A stretch of DNA of 64,000 nt from Candidatus Tayloriibacteriota bacterium (GCA_016215455.1 JACRJP010000004.1:91787-155786), one strand, 5' to 3'; shown: positions 1 to 9,438, counted from the first letter of the stretch. Program-made: numbers and translations. The notes: generated from the sequence alone by a model not told the origin.

Positions 1-1
1 A

Positions 2-97
2 AAGATCGGACAATTCACCGGTATACTCATGAAAGATCTCAAAGGCAAAGCTGACGGAGCGGTAGTAAAAGAGGTTGTGGAAAGTTTGTTTCAATAA
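2..97 (+). CDS. 3' end of a GatB/YqeY-domain protein (partial, runs off window start)
   Basis: In-frame translation ...FTGILMKDLKGKADGAVVKEVVESLFQ* resembles the YqeY/GatB C-terminus. Stop at 95-97. Confidence 0.35.
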   Translation, partial: KIGQFTGILMKDLKGKADGAVVKEVVESLFQ

Positions 98-100
98 CTA

Positions 101-130
101 TTGAATAAAAAAATAGTCGTAGTGTATAAT
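101..130 (+). promoter_or_regulatory. sigma70-like promoter (TTGAAT-N18-TATAAT)
   Basis: -35 TTGAAT at 101-106 and -10 TATAAT at 125-130, read directly. Drives the G+C-richer segment 131-400. Confidence 0.5.
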
Positions 131-156
131 GGCGACAGACTTACCACCCTGTTCCT

Positions 157-396
157 ATGGTTATGATTCCTTGCATACAGCCAAGTCTGTTTCTGCCGGG
201 TCAAATTCAACCGTCTCAGCCCTATGTGCGAATACAGCGGGCACCGAGGCCAACGGATCAATCACCATCAGTGATTCTTCAAGCCATAATCAATGGCACA
301 AGAGAACTACATCCTGATGATCCTTGGATCGTCAAATACGCTTTTGCAGTCGGGGGTCAAACCCAGATAGAAGTTCTACGTGGTGACAGCGACTAG
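157..396 (+). CDS. small hypothetical protein (G+C-rich islet). Start uncertain; C-terminus EVLRGDSD
   Basis: 79-codon ORF downstream of the promoter at 101-130. C-terminal motif is shared with ORF 568..690. No homolog recognised. Confidence 0.3.
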   Translation: MVMIPCIQPSLFLPGQIQPSQPYVRIQRAPRPTDQSPSVILQAIINGTRELHPDDPWIVKYAFAVGGQTQIEVLRGDSD

Positions 397-435
397 ATGC
401 CACCAAACGTGAGATTTTTATTTATACAACCATCA

Positions 436-464
436 TTGACACCATATATCTAAGATGATATAAT
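436..464 (+). promoter_or_regulatory. sigma70-like promoter (TTGACA-N17-TATAAT)
   Basis: TTGACA at 436-441, 17-nt spacer, TATAAT at 459-464. Predicted TSS ~471. Confidence 0.55.
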
Positions 465-567
465 TGTGTTAGTGAAAAATTCATCCTCGACTGCTCATCG
501 AAGTGAAAGCCTTCATTGGAGAGTCCTATTTGCCGAGCTCAAAGCTGCGGCGGAGGGGTCTCCTCTG

Positions 568-690
568 ATGTCCATCGAGCCCAACCTTCCACTCTTAAGT
601 GGTCTCCCCTTTGGAACAGTTTCCATCGATGACCGCGCCCAGGTGGACTGGGTGATTGCTGAAGAGGTGGCTCGTGGGGATTGGGATTAA
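568..690 (+). CDS. 40-aa hypothetical micro-protein MSIEPNLPLLSGLPFGTVSIDDRAQVDWVIAEEVARGDWD
   Basis: ATG at 568 with SD GGAGGGG 8 nt upstream, after a ~97-nt leader from the 436-464 promoter. The track ORF 466..690 would start upstream of the predicted TSS. C-terminus EVARGDWD is paralogous to 157..396. Confidence 0.35.
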   Translation: MSIEPNLPLLSGLPFGTVSIDDRAQVDWVIAEEVARGDWD

Positions 691-706
691 CATCCCCAAC
701 AACACA

Positions 707-740
707 ACGGCGGACTTTCACAAGTCCGCCGTTTCTGCCC
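707..740 (+). terminator. hairpin terminator-like structure
   Basis: AACGGCGGACT-ttcaca-AGTCCGCCGTT followed by a T-rich tail. Sits between the micro-ORF and the convergent histidine kinase gene. Confidence 0.4.
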
Positions 741-767
741 CTCAATTTTCTCACATTGTCGAAACTT

Positions 768-2456
768 TTATTTCACACTCGGTAACTCAACATAGAATTG
801 AGAACCCTTTCCTTCTCCTTCTGATTCTGCCCAAACACGACCTTTGTGAGCGGTAACAATTTCTTTTGCAACGAAGAGACCAAGACCAGTACCATGAATA
901 TTTGTCTTATTCGCATTATATGCTCGAGTAAATTTCTGAAAGAGTGATGCGATTGTTTTCTCTGACATTCCAATACCGGTATCTTTGACTGAGAAAAGTA
1001 ATATATTCCCTTTTATCGCATCATGCTTCTTCTCAAGAGAGACGGTAACTGAACCAGTCGGAGTGTACTTAACCGAGTTATCGATGAGGTTAGCAAATAC
1101 TTGTTTCAACTTATCAGGATCAGCATTTACTATAAATTCATCTTCAGTACTTACATTAAACTTTAAGGTAATACCGGCTTTTTTAGTATTTGGTTCAAGT
1201 TCAGCAATGACATCACTTACCATCGCTCGAATATCATGCGGAGCAAAATCATACTTCATCGTACCAAGTTCAATACGAGAAATATTGAGATACCCTTCAA
1301 CTACATTTGCGAGAGTTTTAGTTGATTCAAAGATACGAGAAAGTGGCTCACGAGCAACTGCTGAGATCTCACCGTAGTCACCGTCGAGAATGAGTGAAGC
1401 GTATCCCCGCATTGCCGCCAAAGGACTCTTCAATTGATGTGTCGCAAACGATACGAATTCTGATTTTTGTTTATCGAGTTCGAGGAGGTGGTTGTTGGCT
1501 TTTTTGAGATCGCTTGCAAGTTTTTCAATACGCTCACGCTGTTGTACTTCCGCCAAAACAGATCTTATTAAAAAGGCACCTAAAATAATGACCAATATAA
1601 CTGTAGCAGAAAGAATTACATTAAATACAGAACTATCTTCGATAAAAAATAGAGAAAAAACCAGAAGTGCTAATATAAAAACGAGAAATTCAGTTGCAAA
1701 TATTTTAGGATTAACAAACAGCTTAAATCGAACGATAGAATAGGCTAATACAAGTAGAAATACTAGCATTCCTATTGGTCCCCAGAGATTAAACTCATAA
1801 ATCTTAGTCAGCTCTCCCGCAAAATTCGACAAAAAGAATCCAAACAGAAATAGAGTAGCTCCTATAGTAAGTATCAAACCTTCTTTTTTAATATTCTTAC
1901 TTCGAATCATTTGGAACTTTCTTAATCCAATAATAGCAGTGAAAGTAACCAACACAGATTCAAGTACATATATTAAATTCCACAAAATACCGGTATTACC
2001 CTGACATTCGGTTATATCATACTCAAGAATATTAACTGATGTAGGAAGAGCTACAGCTAATAGACCAAGCCCAATGAGAACTGACCAGATCAAAGGATAT
2101 GGCAATTTCTGTCTTTCATATGCAATGACATAAATAAATAATAATGTAAATACAAAAATAGCTATTTCAAATAAAGCCGTTAACTGCCAAGCAAACATCA
2201 AAATAGAATGATAGGAAGCAACCCATTGTACAAGAATATTAAGAATCCAAAGTGAAAAAGAAAAAGCAATTCCCACAAAAAGTCTACTTTTTAGACTGTT
2301 ATCCTTTATCAAAATATAAATCCCGAGAACAACTGAAAGAATCAATATCGGTATATAAGAATAAAACAAAAGACTTGGAGCCGTTGAGAAATCAAAAATC
2401 CAAAAATGAGGATTTTCAGAACCACATATCTGTAAACCTGATTCAAAAAATTTCAT
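768..2456 (-). CDS. sensor histidine kinase, multi-TM N-terminus
   Basis: About 8 N-terminal TM helices. HisKA region ELDKQKSEFVSFATHQLKSPL and HATPase_c region DTGIGM...GTGLGLFVAKEI. No response regulator adjacent. Confidence 0.85.
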   Translation of the reverse strand: MKFFESGLQICGSENPHFWIFDFSTAPSLLFYSYIPILILSVVLGIYILIKDNSLKSRLFVGIAFSFSLWILNILVQWVASYHSILMFAWQLTALFEIAIFVFTLLFIYVIAYERQKLPYPLIWSVLIGLGLLAVALPTSVNILEYDITECQGNTGILWNLIYVLESVLVTFTAIIGLRKFQMIRSKNIKKEGLILTIGATLFLFGFFLSNFAGELTKIYEFNLWGPIGMLVFLLVLAYSIVRFKLFVNPKIFATEFLVFILALLVFSLFFIEDSSVFNVILSATVILVIILGAFLIRSVLAEVQQRERIEKLASDLKKANNHLLELDKQKSEFVSFATHQLKSPLAAMRGYASLILDGDYGEISAVAREPLSRIFESTKTLANVVEGYLNISRIELGTMKYDFAPHDIRAMVSDVIAELEPNTKKAGITLKFNVSTEDEFIVNADPDKLKQVFANLIDNSVKYTPTGSVTVSLEKKHDAIKGNILLFSVKDTGIGMSEKTIASLFQKFTRAYNANKTNIHGTGLGLFVAKEIVTAHKGRVWAESEGEGKGSQFYVELPSVK

Positions 2457-2485
2457 ACTCTTATATTATATCCTATATTTACAAT

Positions 2486-3409
2486 TTACCCATTGATCAA
2501 GAAACTTCCTACGATAATAACAACAACAGCAATACCTTTGTTAACCAAAGCTCTCGGCGAAACATCTTCTTTTAGAATTTTAGGGAAAGCATATGTCAAA
2601 ATTATTCCAATAATAAATACGAAAAGTGGCTGATAAGCACTGACCACAAGTACAAGTCCAACTTGAACTATCAAGAAAGCATAAGCTGTACAAGCATTAC
2701 CCACCAAAACAAAGACTTCACCAAGAAAATTCAACGAAAGTATCGGAAATGAATTGAATCTGAAAAGATTTAAGAAATCTCTTCTTAAGGATCCGATAAA
2801 CACAAAGAGAAAAACGCCAGTAAACAAAATTCCAATATGCTCCCATAGTAATCCCAACCAAAAATCATTTTCCCCTATGGCCCCAATTTTAAATAAAATA
2901 GCATGAAATATAAAACAGATACTGGAACCAGACATCAATATTAAAGGTCTCCAATTTATTTGAATCCTATTCGAGAAATTAATATCTCTTTTCATACTTA
3001 TGATCATGGCGCCAAAAAGAATCACAATTACCCCTACAGATTGGGTCACCGTGATTGTTTCTTTAAAAATAAAATATCCGAATATAAGTGCTATTACAGG
3101 AGATAGTTGAAACAACGGGACAATTTTTGATGCTTCTTCTTTTTGTAAAGCTAACAAATAAAGCAACATACCCACTGCACTCAATATACCGCCCAATAAC
3201 AAAGCAGCACCATCAAGTAGATCTACCAAAATAAACTGCGGTCTTAGATAAATCAATATAGGTATAATAACTATCGAAAACAAACAAGAAAATATAATAA
3301 GAGCACCAACGCCTCCACCCCTTAAGTGTCGACTCAAAATATATTTATCGATATGATTTACAAAACTCCATAGTAGAGGACCGCACAAGGCTAGAATAAA
3401 CCAGAGCAT
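2486..3409 (-). CDS. EamA/DMT-family transporter (10-TM membrane protein)
   Basis: Two repeated 5-TM halves and overall hydrophobicity typical of the drug/metabolite transporter superfamily. Confidence 0.55.
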   Translation of the reverse strand: MLWFILALCGPLLWSFVNHIDKYILSRHLRGGGVGALIIFSCLFSIVIIPILIYLRPQFILVDLLDGAALLLGGILSAVGMLLYLLALQKEEASKIVPLFQLSPVIALIFGYFIFKETITVTQSVGVIVILFGAMIISMKRDINFSNRIQINWRPLILMSGSSICFIFHAILFKIGAIGENDFWLGLLWEHIGILFTGVFLFVFIGSLRRDFLNLFRFNSFPILSLNFLGEVFVLVGNACTAYAFLIVQVGLVLVVSAYQPLFVFIIGIILTYAFPKILKEDVSPRALVNKGIAVVVIIVGSFLING

Positions 3410-3588
3410 ATTAAAAAATTAATTATCTTCAGAAAGAGACTCTACTACCGTAAAATTACCAAGGATAACTGAATCATAAAAAGTAACCCCGATACTCAAG
3501 ATAACTAACAAAACTATAGAAAAAGAAAGTATTTTTGTTGCTTTATCCATAAAGGATTTTATGATAAAATCTTAGTAACAATTATACC

Positions 3589-4893
3589 ATGAGAATCCTG
3601 TTTATCTCAAATGACCTGATTGCCGGACACCTAGCTCAACTACTAAGAAATGAAGGGCATGATGTCCTCCTTTATATATCAGAAAAGAAGCGTCGAAATA
3701 ATTTTAAAAACTTAGTATCAAAAACCAATAACTGGAAAAAATCATTATCATGGGTAGGAAAAGAAGGTCTTATCATATTCGATGATATAGGGTTTGGAGA
3801 GGAACAAGATACTTTAAGAGCTCAAGGATACCGAGTATTTGGGGGTAGTAAACTAGGAGATAAACTTGAGATAGACCGCGCATATGCTCAAGATATCTTT
3901 GAAAAATCAGGTATTCAAAAAATACCGACCGTTAACTTTGACACAATCGACGCGGCGATTAATTACGCAAAATTAAATAAAAATGCTTGGGTTATTAAAC
4001 AAAATGGAAGTTCTAGTAAATCCCTTAATTTCGTAGGTCACTTCCCTGACAGCAGAGACATAATTGATGTACTTGAACGATATAAAATCTTAGGTTTAGG
4101 AAAAAAAGAAATTATTACTCTTCAAAAACGTGTGTATGGGATCGAAATTGCCATCACCCGATATTTTAATGGAACACATTGGGTCGGACCTTCTCTTATC
4201 AATATAGAACACAAACGATTTTTCCCTGGAGATATTGGTCCGACGACAAGCGAAATGGGTACTCTAGGTTGGTATGATTATGATGAAAATAATAAACTCC
4301 ACCAAGCAACACTTAAAAAATTAGAATCTCATCTCAAAGAAATAAATTATCGCGGGTGTATCGATATTAATTGCATAGTAGACGAAGATAAAGTATATCC
4401 TCTCGAGGTAACAGCTCGTATCGGGTCTCCTATCATTCATCTCCAATCTGAATTAAACATAACTCCATGGAGTGATTTAATTAGTGCAATAGCCGATGGA
4501 AAAGATTTTGATGTAAAAGTAAAAGATGGTTTTGGTATTGTTGTTGTAGTCGCTCTTCCCCCATTTCCTTACAGTAAATATATCAAGGAACAATCATCTA
4601 TTGGTTCTAGAGTATATTTTGAAGAATTTTCTGAGGATGATTTTAAACATATACATTTTGAGGAAATCGCTTGGAATAAAAAAGAAAAAGTGCACTACAT
4701 ATCTGATAACCGAGGCTATGTACTATACGTAACTGGACAAAGTACGACTGTACCAGAAGTACAAGAGAAGACCTATGATCTAATCAAAAGAATCCATATA
4801 CCGAAAATGTTCTACAGAAATGACATCGGGCTACGTTTTAATAACGAACAAAAAGCTTTATTACAAAAATGGGGTTACCTAAAGATAATTTAA
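3589..4893 (+). CDS. PurD-like ATP-grasp ligase (phosphoribosylamine-glycine ligase family, divergent)
   Basis: Collinear with PurD: ATP-grasp region GYRVFGGSKLGDKLEIDRAYAQDIF...AWVIKQNG, FPGDIGPTTSEMGTLGWY, C-terminal RNDIG. The N-terminal GGREHA motif is absent. Confidence 0.5.
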   Translation: MRILFISNDLIAGHLAQLLRNEGHDVLLYISEKKRRNNFKNLVSKTNNWKKSLSWVGKEGLIIFDDIGFGEEQDTLRAQGYRVFGGSKLGDKLEIDRAYAQDIFEKSGIQKIPTVNFDTIDAAINYAKLNKNAWVIKQNGSSSKSLNFVGHFPDSRDIIDVLERYKILGLGKKEIITLQKRVYGIEIAITRYFNGTHWVGPSLINIEHKRFFPGDIGPTTSEMGTLGWYDYDENNKLHQATLKKLESHLKEINYRGCIDINCIVDEDKVYPLEVTARIGSPIIHLQSELNITPWSDLISAIADGKDFDVKVKDGFGIVVVVALPPFPYSKYIKEQSSIGSRVYFEEFSEDDFKHIHFEEIAWNKKEKVHYISDNRGYVLYVTGQSTTVPEVQEKTYDLIKRIHIPKMFYRNDIGLRFNNEQKALLQKWGYLKII

Positions 4894-4902
4894 TAAATAT
4901 CT

Positions 4903-5253
4903 CTACAAATGCTCCCTTAGATGTCCGTTGATTCTCTGTACGAGATCGAAAGCACCTTCATATAAAGCAATCTCACTAAGTTCGGTAAACGTATCATGTG
5001 CTTCATCAACATGACCTGTAGCTAGATGGAGTTCGGCCATATGAAGTGCGCATTCAAGATTTGCTCGACCTGGGGCTACGGTATTCTGTTCTGCGATAGT
5101 CTCGCATTGCGCCGCATAGGTTGCTATGAGTTTTTTGAATTGATCTGACTCATTTCCTCCAGCAAGAAAACAAGCAATGACATCTTCGCGTGTCACTTCT
5201 TGTTCTGGATTTGACATGAAATCTATAGACTCGGTCATACTCTCAGTATACAC
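4903..5253 (-). CDS. hypothetical protein
   Basis: 116-aa acidic ORF; no recognisable motif. Confidence 0.4.
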   Translation of the reverse strand: MYTESMTESIDFMSNPEQEVTREDVIACFLAGGNESDQFKKLIATYAAQCETIAEQNTVAPGRANLECALHMAELHLATGHVDEAHDTFTELSEIALYEGAFDLVQRINGHLREHL

Positions 5254-5348
5254 TTTTTAAATAAAAAACCACCACCATACGTACGATCAGCCTTGACCGG
5301 TAATAAAACTTAATGTACTTTTTAAATAGACAATAAGGCGCTCTAGCT

Positions 5349-5966
5349 ATGGTGAAAATCTACATCACACGTCATGGCCAAAACGAGGATAATGCTCAAG
5401 GTATCCTCAATGGTCACCGAGATCTGCCGCTCACCGTCCTTGGTGAAGCACAAGCACGCAAACTTGCAAACGAGATTAGGAAGGTAGGATTCGTGTTTGA
5501 CACCGTCTATACCTCCCCTCTATCACGTGCAAGTAGAACAGCAGAAGTAATTTGCGAGGCTTTGGATCTGAATAGGCCTGTAGTCTTGGACTCACTCATC
5601 GAACGTAACTTCGGTATCATGACAGGCAAACGAATTGCCGACATTGAGAAGTTGTGTGCTCCGGACATCATCAAAACGGACATCATTACCTACTTCCTGT
5701 CACCAGAAGGAGCAGAGACCTTTCCAGATCTGCTCAAACGAGCACGGCGAGTGTTACGTCAGATCCAAGAACAACACTCATCGGGAACAATCCTCCTCTC
5801 CACTCACGGTGATTTTGGTAAAATGCTGTATGCGGCATACTACCGTCTGCATTGGCGAGAGATACTCACCAAATTTCACTTTGGAAACTGTGAACTCCTT
5901 TTACTGGCTGAAGGAATAAGTTTGGACGCATCACGCGTGGTGCGTATCGAACAACACAACCATTAA
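5349..5966 (+). CDS. histidine phosphatase family protein (phosphoglycerate mutase-like)
   Basis: N-terminal RHG motif (IYITRHGQNEDN) and catalytic His region STHGDFG. Confidence 0.7.
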   Translation: MVKIYITRHGQNEDNAQGILNGHRDLPLTVLGEAQARKLANEIRKVGFVFDTVYTSPLSRASRTAEVICEALDLNRPVVLDSLIERNFGIMTGKRIADIEKLCAPDIIKTDIITYFLSPEGAETFPDLLKRARRVLRQIQEQHSSGTILLSTHGDFGKMLYAAYYRLHWREILTKFHFGNCELLLLAEGISLDASRVVRIEQHNH

Positions 5967-6019
5967 GAACACTTTCGCAAAAATCTGGACTACCGATCGA
6001 GGTGGTTCTTTTTATTTTA

Positions 6020-6048
6020 TTGACACAATACATATTTCAATGTAATAT
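6020..6048 (+). promoter_or_regulatory. sigma70-like promoter (TTGACA-N17-TAATAT)
   Basis: TTGACA at 6020-6025, 17-nt spacer, TAATAT at 6043-6048. Same architecture as the other G+C-islet promoters. Confidence 0.5.
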
Positions 6049-6089
6049 ACTTTCAGCGGTTCATCTCATTACAGAAACTCACTACAGTC

Positions 6090-6455
6090 ATGCCGAAAAT
6101 CGTCTTCAACATTCCCCACAATACAACACTCGTCCCCGCAGATCTCCTGGGTGCTGGAAAACAGATCATTCATCTGGTCGCAAAGGCCTGCTCCACGGAC
6201 GAGCGTCAGCTCACTCAGTTTGACGTGGACTGGATCGTGAACCCTCTTCCCCACGGCTCCATTGCCGGTATGGGAATCGAACTCTATACGATCGGCTTCC
6301 CTGATCGCAGGAAGAAGCTCGAGAACCTCGACGTGCTCAGGAAACTCAAGGCGGACATCATCGGGGTCTTGCGGGAAATTGTGTCGGGTCTCCCGCCCAT
6401 CAAGGATGACGATGGCTTCCTCTGGGTGCAGTTTACCGACGGACCTCATGTCTGA
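6090..6455 (+). CDS. hypothetical protein (G+C-rich islet)
   Basis: 121-aa ORF ~40 nt downstream of the promoter. The overlapping minus-strand ORF 6069..6476 was rejected because of promoter orientation. Confidence 0.4.
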   Translation: MPKIVFNIPHNTTLVPADLLGAGKQIIHLVAKACSTDERQLTQFDVDWIVNPLPHGSIAGMGIELYTIGFPDRRKKLENLDVLRKLKADIIGVLREIVSGLPPIKDDDGFLWVQFTDGPHV

Positions 6456-6539
6456 GGTCCTCGATATGGTAGTCAACTACCCGAGTGATCAGACTCGCAG
6501 CAATACAACTTTACACCACGCCCTGATCAGCGTGTGTTT

Positions 6540-6962
6540 TTATTTAACTACCATTTGAGAGATTCGCTCCTTTATCTGATCTTTTACGTTTCTTGTAAAA
6601 TCAGTATCCTGTCCTTTTGGATCGGGAAGACTCCATCGAATCATCTTTGGAGATTGTGCCAAATATTCAGGTAGGTCTTCAGTTGGTTCCATGATTACAA
6701 CCACCGTATCTACAGTATTAACCATCTCTTCTGTTAATTGTTTGCGCACTACCATTGAAAGATCAATCCCTTCTTCATTCATGACATCAAGAACTGGTCC
6801 TATGCGTCCAAGTGGAACTATTTTACTGATAGGTTCTTCAGGTCCACTCAACTGCGTTCCAGCGGAAAATACTTCGTGCTGTGTTCCAAATTTCTTTCGA
6901 AATAGAGCTTCGGCCATCTGACTTCTTCCAACATTTCCTTTACAAACAAAAAGAATTTTCAT
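6540..6962 (-). CDS. low-molecular-weight protein-tyrosine phosphatase / ArsC-type arsenate reductase family
   Basis: P-loop CKGNVGRS (CX5R) at the N-terminus; size 140 aa. Confidence 0.75.
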   Translation of the reverse strand: MKILFVCKGNVGRSQMAEALFRKKFGTQHEVFSAGTQLSGPEEPISKIVPLGRIGPVLDVMNEEGIDLSMVVRKQLTEEMVNTVDTVVVIMEPTEDLPEYLAQSPKMIRWSLPDPKGQDTDFTRNVKDQIKERISQMVVK

Positions 6963-6972
6963 ATTAAATATA

Positions 6973-7305
6973 TTATTTCTTCACCACAACCTGCCATTCA
7001 TCATGGTATACAATCTCACCGATCGTATGTGGGTCAATTTCTTCCATTTTGATATTTGATAGATACTTCTGATGGACTTTTAGTAAGGTGCTTTCATACT
7101 GTACTTTACCTTTTTCGGTAAGAAAAAAACGATACTCACCCTCTGGTAACGATGGCTTAGGCATCCATTTTCGTGCCTCCCATGCTTCGTCTACCAAACT
7201 CTCAGGTAGGAGTCTTTTACCAGCAGAGAAAATACCTTCTCCATTTGATGTGTATCGATACAAAGTTTTGTATGTAGTCATGATTGTAATACTACCACTA
7301 TCCAA
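6973..7305 (-). CDS. hypothetical protein
   Basis: 110-aa ORF tightly packed between flanking minus-strand genes. Confidence 0.4.
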   Translation of the reverse strand: MDSGSITIMTTYKTLYRYTSNGEGIFSAGKRLLPESLVDEAWEARKWMPKPSLPEGEYRFFLTEKGKVQYESTLLKVHQKYLSNIKMEEIDPHTIGEIVYHDEWQVVVKK

Positions 7306-7615
7306 GCAAATCCCGAGCTATGGTAAGTAGCGACTCTTGATTATCAAGTAGCTCATCAGGAACTTGATAATAATTCATACCGACTACCTTACCATCGGAC
7401 TTGGTATACGAGAATTTAGTCCATCCAAGTCCAACAAGTCTTTCTGCATGTTCCCCCTTTGCCTTAAGATACAATTGATTACCAATAATTGCGGCAAAAG
7501 GAATCTTGTTCGAGTATATACACCATCCACTCATCATATGTCTCGAAGTGACTTCAGGCAGATCATTAAAAATGTCATAAACTATGAAGTCGTGATATGA
7601 GAGATCTTTTTTCAT
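7298..7615 (-). CDS. TfoX N-terminal-domain-like protein
   Basis: Approx. 100-aa pattern ...GWTKFSYTKSDGKVVGMNYYQVPDELLDN... resembles the TfoX_N fold. Weak. Confidence 0.35.
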   Translation of the reverse strand: MKKDLSYHDFIVYDIFNDLPEVTSRHMMSGWCIYSNKIPFAAIIGNQLYLKAKGEHAERLVGLGWTKFSYTKSDGKVVGMNYYQVPDELLDNQESLLTIARDLLG

Positions 7616-7622
7616 ATATAAC

Positions 7623-8153
7623 TCACTTCACCCAATCAAGTTTAATGACTGAAGCATTTGGATATGCAGGTAGATCATAGAAGAGTTCAGGATCTGTTCC
7701 CTTTCTGATAGTTTCAATTATTCTCCCAACTCCTGCATGAGCAACCATGAGAACATTCCCTTCGTACTGATTCCATTCTTTCAAAAATGAATTAACTCTT
7801 TCATCGAACGCTTTAGGGTCTTCTGCATGTTCAGCTCTTACCAACATTTTTGAAGATATTTCAAAGGTAGGAGTTCCTGTAAGACTTCCCATATCATATT
7901 CTGTAATACGTGGATCGATATCTATTTCCTTATCATACCCAATTGTTTGAGCAACAATCTTTGCAGTCTCATGAGCTCGTATGAGTGGTGAACTAATGAT
8001 TTTCTGTATATCCAAACCCATTTCTTTAATCTTCTGACCCTCAGCTTTCGCTTGTTCTATCCCCTTACTTGTTAGAGGAGAGTCATCTTTTTGTCCTGCA
8101 AAAACATGCTTTAAGTTTGCTTCACTTTCTCCGTGTCGAATAAAATAAATCAT
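7623..8153 (-). CDS. histidine phosphatase family protein (second copy)
   Basis: MIYFIRHGESEAN RHG motif; catalytic His in MVAHAGVG. Confidence 0.7.
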   Translation of the reverse strand: MIYFIRHGESEANLKHVFAGQKDDSPLTSKGIEQAKAEGQKIKEMGLDIQKIISSPLIRAHETAKIVAQTIGYDKEIDIDPRITEYDMGSLTGTPTFEISSKMLVRAEHAEDPKAFDERVNSFLKEWNQYEGNVLMVAHAGVGRIIETIRKGTDPELFYDLPAYPNASVIKLDWVK

Positions 8154-8209
8154 GGTGGTCGAAATTAATTATATTGTGTTGTAGTATACCAGAAACGATA
8201 ATTGTCGTG

Positions 8210-8950
8210 CTATTTTTCCGTTATAAGTACAACATAAGGTTGTTCTTGTTCACATAATCTCCAAAAATCCTCACCTAGGATAGCGACCCCTTCTTTTGTA
8301 GGATAAAGCTTTTCCCAAGTTATCTTCTTAAAACCCGCTGCTCGAGCAGCATCAGTATATTCTTCTATAGAAAATTGAGTGAGCAAGGCTGTAAATTTAA
8401 CTTCATTAGTTTTTGGCTTTAAAAAATTAACTTCAACTTTCCCATCTTTTATTTTGAAAATTCTATTTGCAATTACACAATCAAAAGCTTTAAACGATGG
8501 ATTAAAAATGACTGACAAAAATCTTCCACCTTCTTTAAGTACTTTATAAGTCGAATCAAAAAAGTTTATAAGATAGTTTGCATCTGGAGCATATGACAAA
8601 ACCATAACAGATAGGCATTCATCAAATAATTCACCTGTATGAAAAGTAAGAGGATCGTCTACACTATATGTAATTCCAAGAGGATACTTACTTTCATCAT
8701 TCTTTGCTAGAGCAATTAAATCGGAAGCTTTATCGTATCCCCAGACCTTTGCTCCAAACTCTTTTGTTAATTTTCTATCAAACAAACCGTCCCCACAACC
8801 AACATCCAAAAGATACTTACCTTTTATATCCCCAAGTAGTTCAACAACTGTCGGATAGTGCAAGTAATTTCGTATAGGATCTCCATCTACAAAAGATGCA
8901 TACTTATCGCTAATCGTATCAAATTGTTTAACTTCATTATGCATAATCAT
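8210..8950 (-). CDS. class I SAM-dependent methyltransferase
   Basis: Motif I LLDVGCGDGLF; acidic motif II; 246 aa. Confidence 0.65.
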   Translation of the reverse strand: MIMHNEVKQFDTISDKYASFVDGDPIRNYLHYPTVVELLGDIKGKYLLDVGCGDGLFDRKLTKEFGAKVWGYDKASDLIALAKNDESKYPLGITYSVDDPLTFHTGELFDECLSVMVLSYAPDANYLINFFDSTYKVLKEGGRFLSVIFNPSFKAFDCVIANRIFKIKDGKVEVNFLKPKTNEVKFTALLTQFSIEEYTDAARAAGFKKITWEKLYPTKEGVAILGEDFWRLCEQEQPYVVLITEK

Positions 8951-9004
8951 TTTATGAAATGTGGTCTCTTTGCTTGGATTCTAGACCAAACAAGGAGCAA
9001 CTTA

Positions 9005-9331
9005 TTACCTAAACGCAACACTTTTTATTAAATTAATCGCAAACAAAACAGCTGGAACAAAAAACACAACAAAAAGAAAAATATAGTAGGTTAACATTCT
9101 AATATCCTTCGATTTGTATGGTCTATTTTTATGATAAGCAATTTTTTTATAAGCTAATTTAAAAAATATATAACTCATAACTAAAAATCCCGCAAAAAGA
9201 ACACCAGCATAAGCCAACTTAATAAACAAAGGTTGATCATCAATCAAATACCAAAAATTACAACGTGGTACTAGCTCTCCACGAAACTCGACCAAAGTAT
9301 TACAAAAAGATACAGGGCCCATATTTTTCAT
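9005..9331 (-). CDS. small membrane protein (hypothetical)
   Basis: Two predicted TM helices; AT-rich. Confidence 0.35.
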   Translation of the reverse strand: MKNMGPVSFCNTLVEFRGELVPRCNFWYLIDDQPLFIKLAYAGVLFAGFLVMSYIFFKLAYKKIAYHKNRPYKSKDIRMLTYYIFLFVVFFVPAVLFAINLIKSVAFR

Positions 9332-9438
9332 ATATTAACACAGAAACAAGGTCCCCATCTTCACCACTGTGCACAATCTCAAACAGTGATATATCTTGGA
9401 CGAGCCGAGAACAACAGGTTTACTGAATGATTAGAAAA

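Noticed and set aside
129-317. Alternative frame ORF 129..317 in the first G+C-rich islet
   Set aside because: Its ATG overlaps the -10 box, i.e. it would sit upstream of the TSS, and the product is low-complexity Ser/Thr-rich. Frame 157..396 was preferred, but neither is certain.
466-690. Track ORF 466..690 (GTG start, 74 aa)
   Set aside because: Its start lies at or upstream of the TSS predicted from the 436-464 promoter. Only the SD-led ATG at 568 was kept, as a 40-aa micro-ORF.
6069-6476. Minus-strand ORF overlapping the islet ORF 6090..6455
   Set aside because: The consensus promoter is oriented for the plus strand, and the minus ORF would lack any upstream signal.
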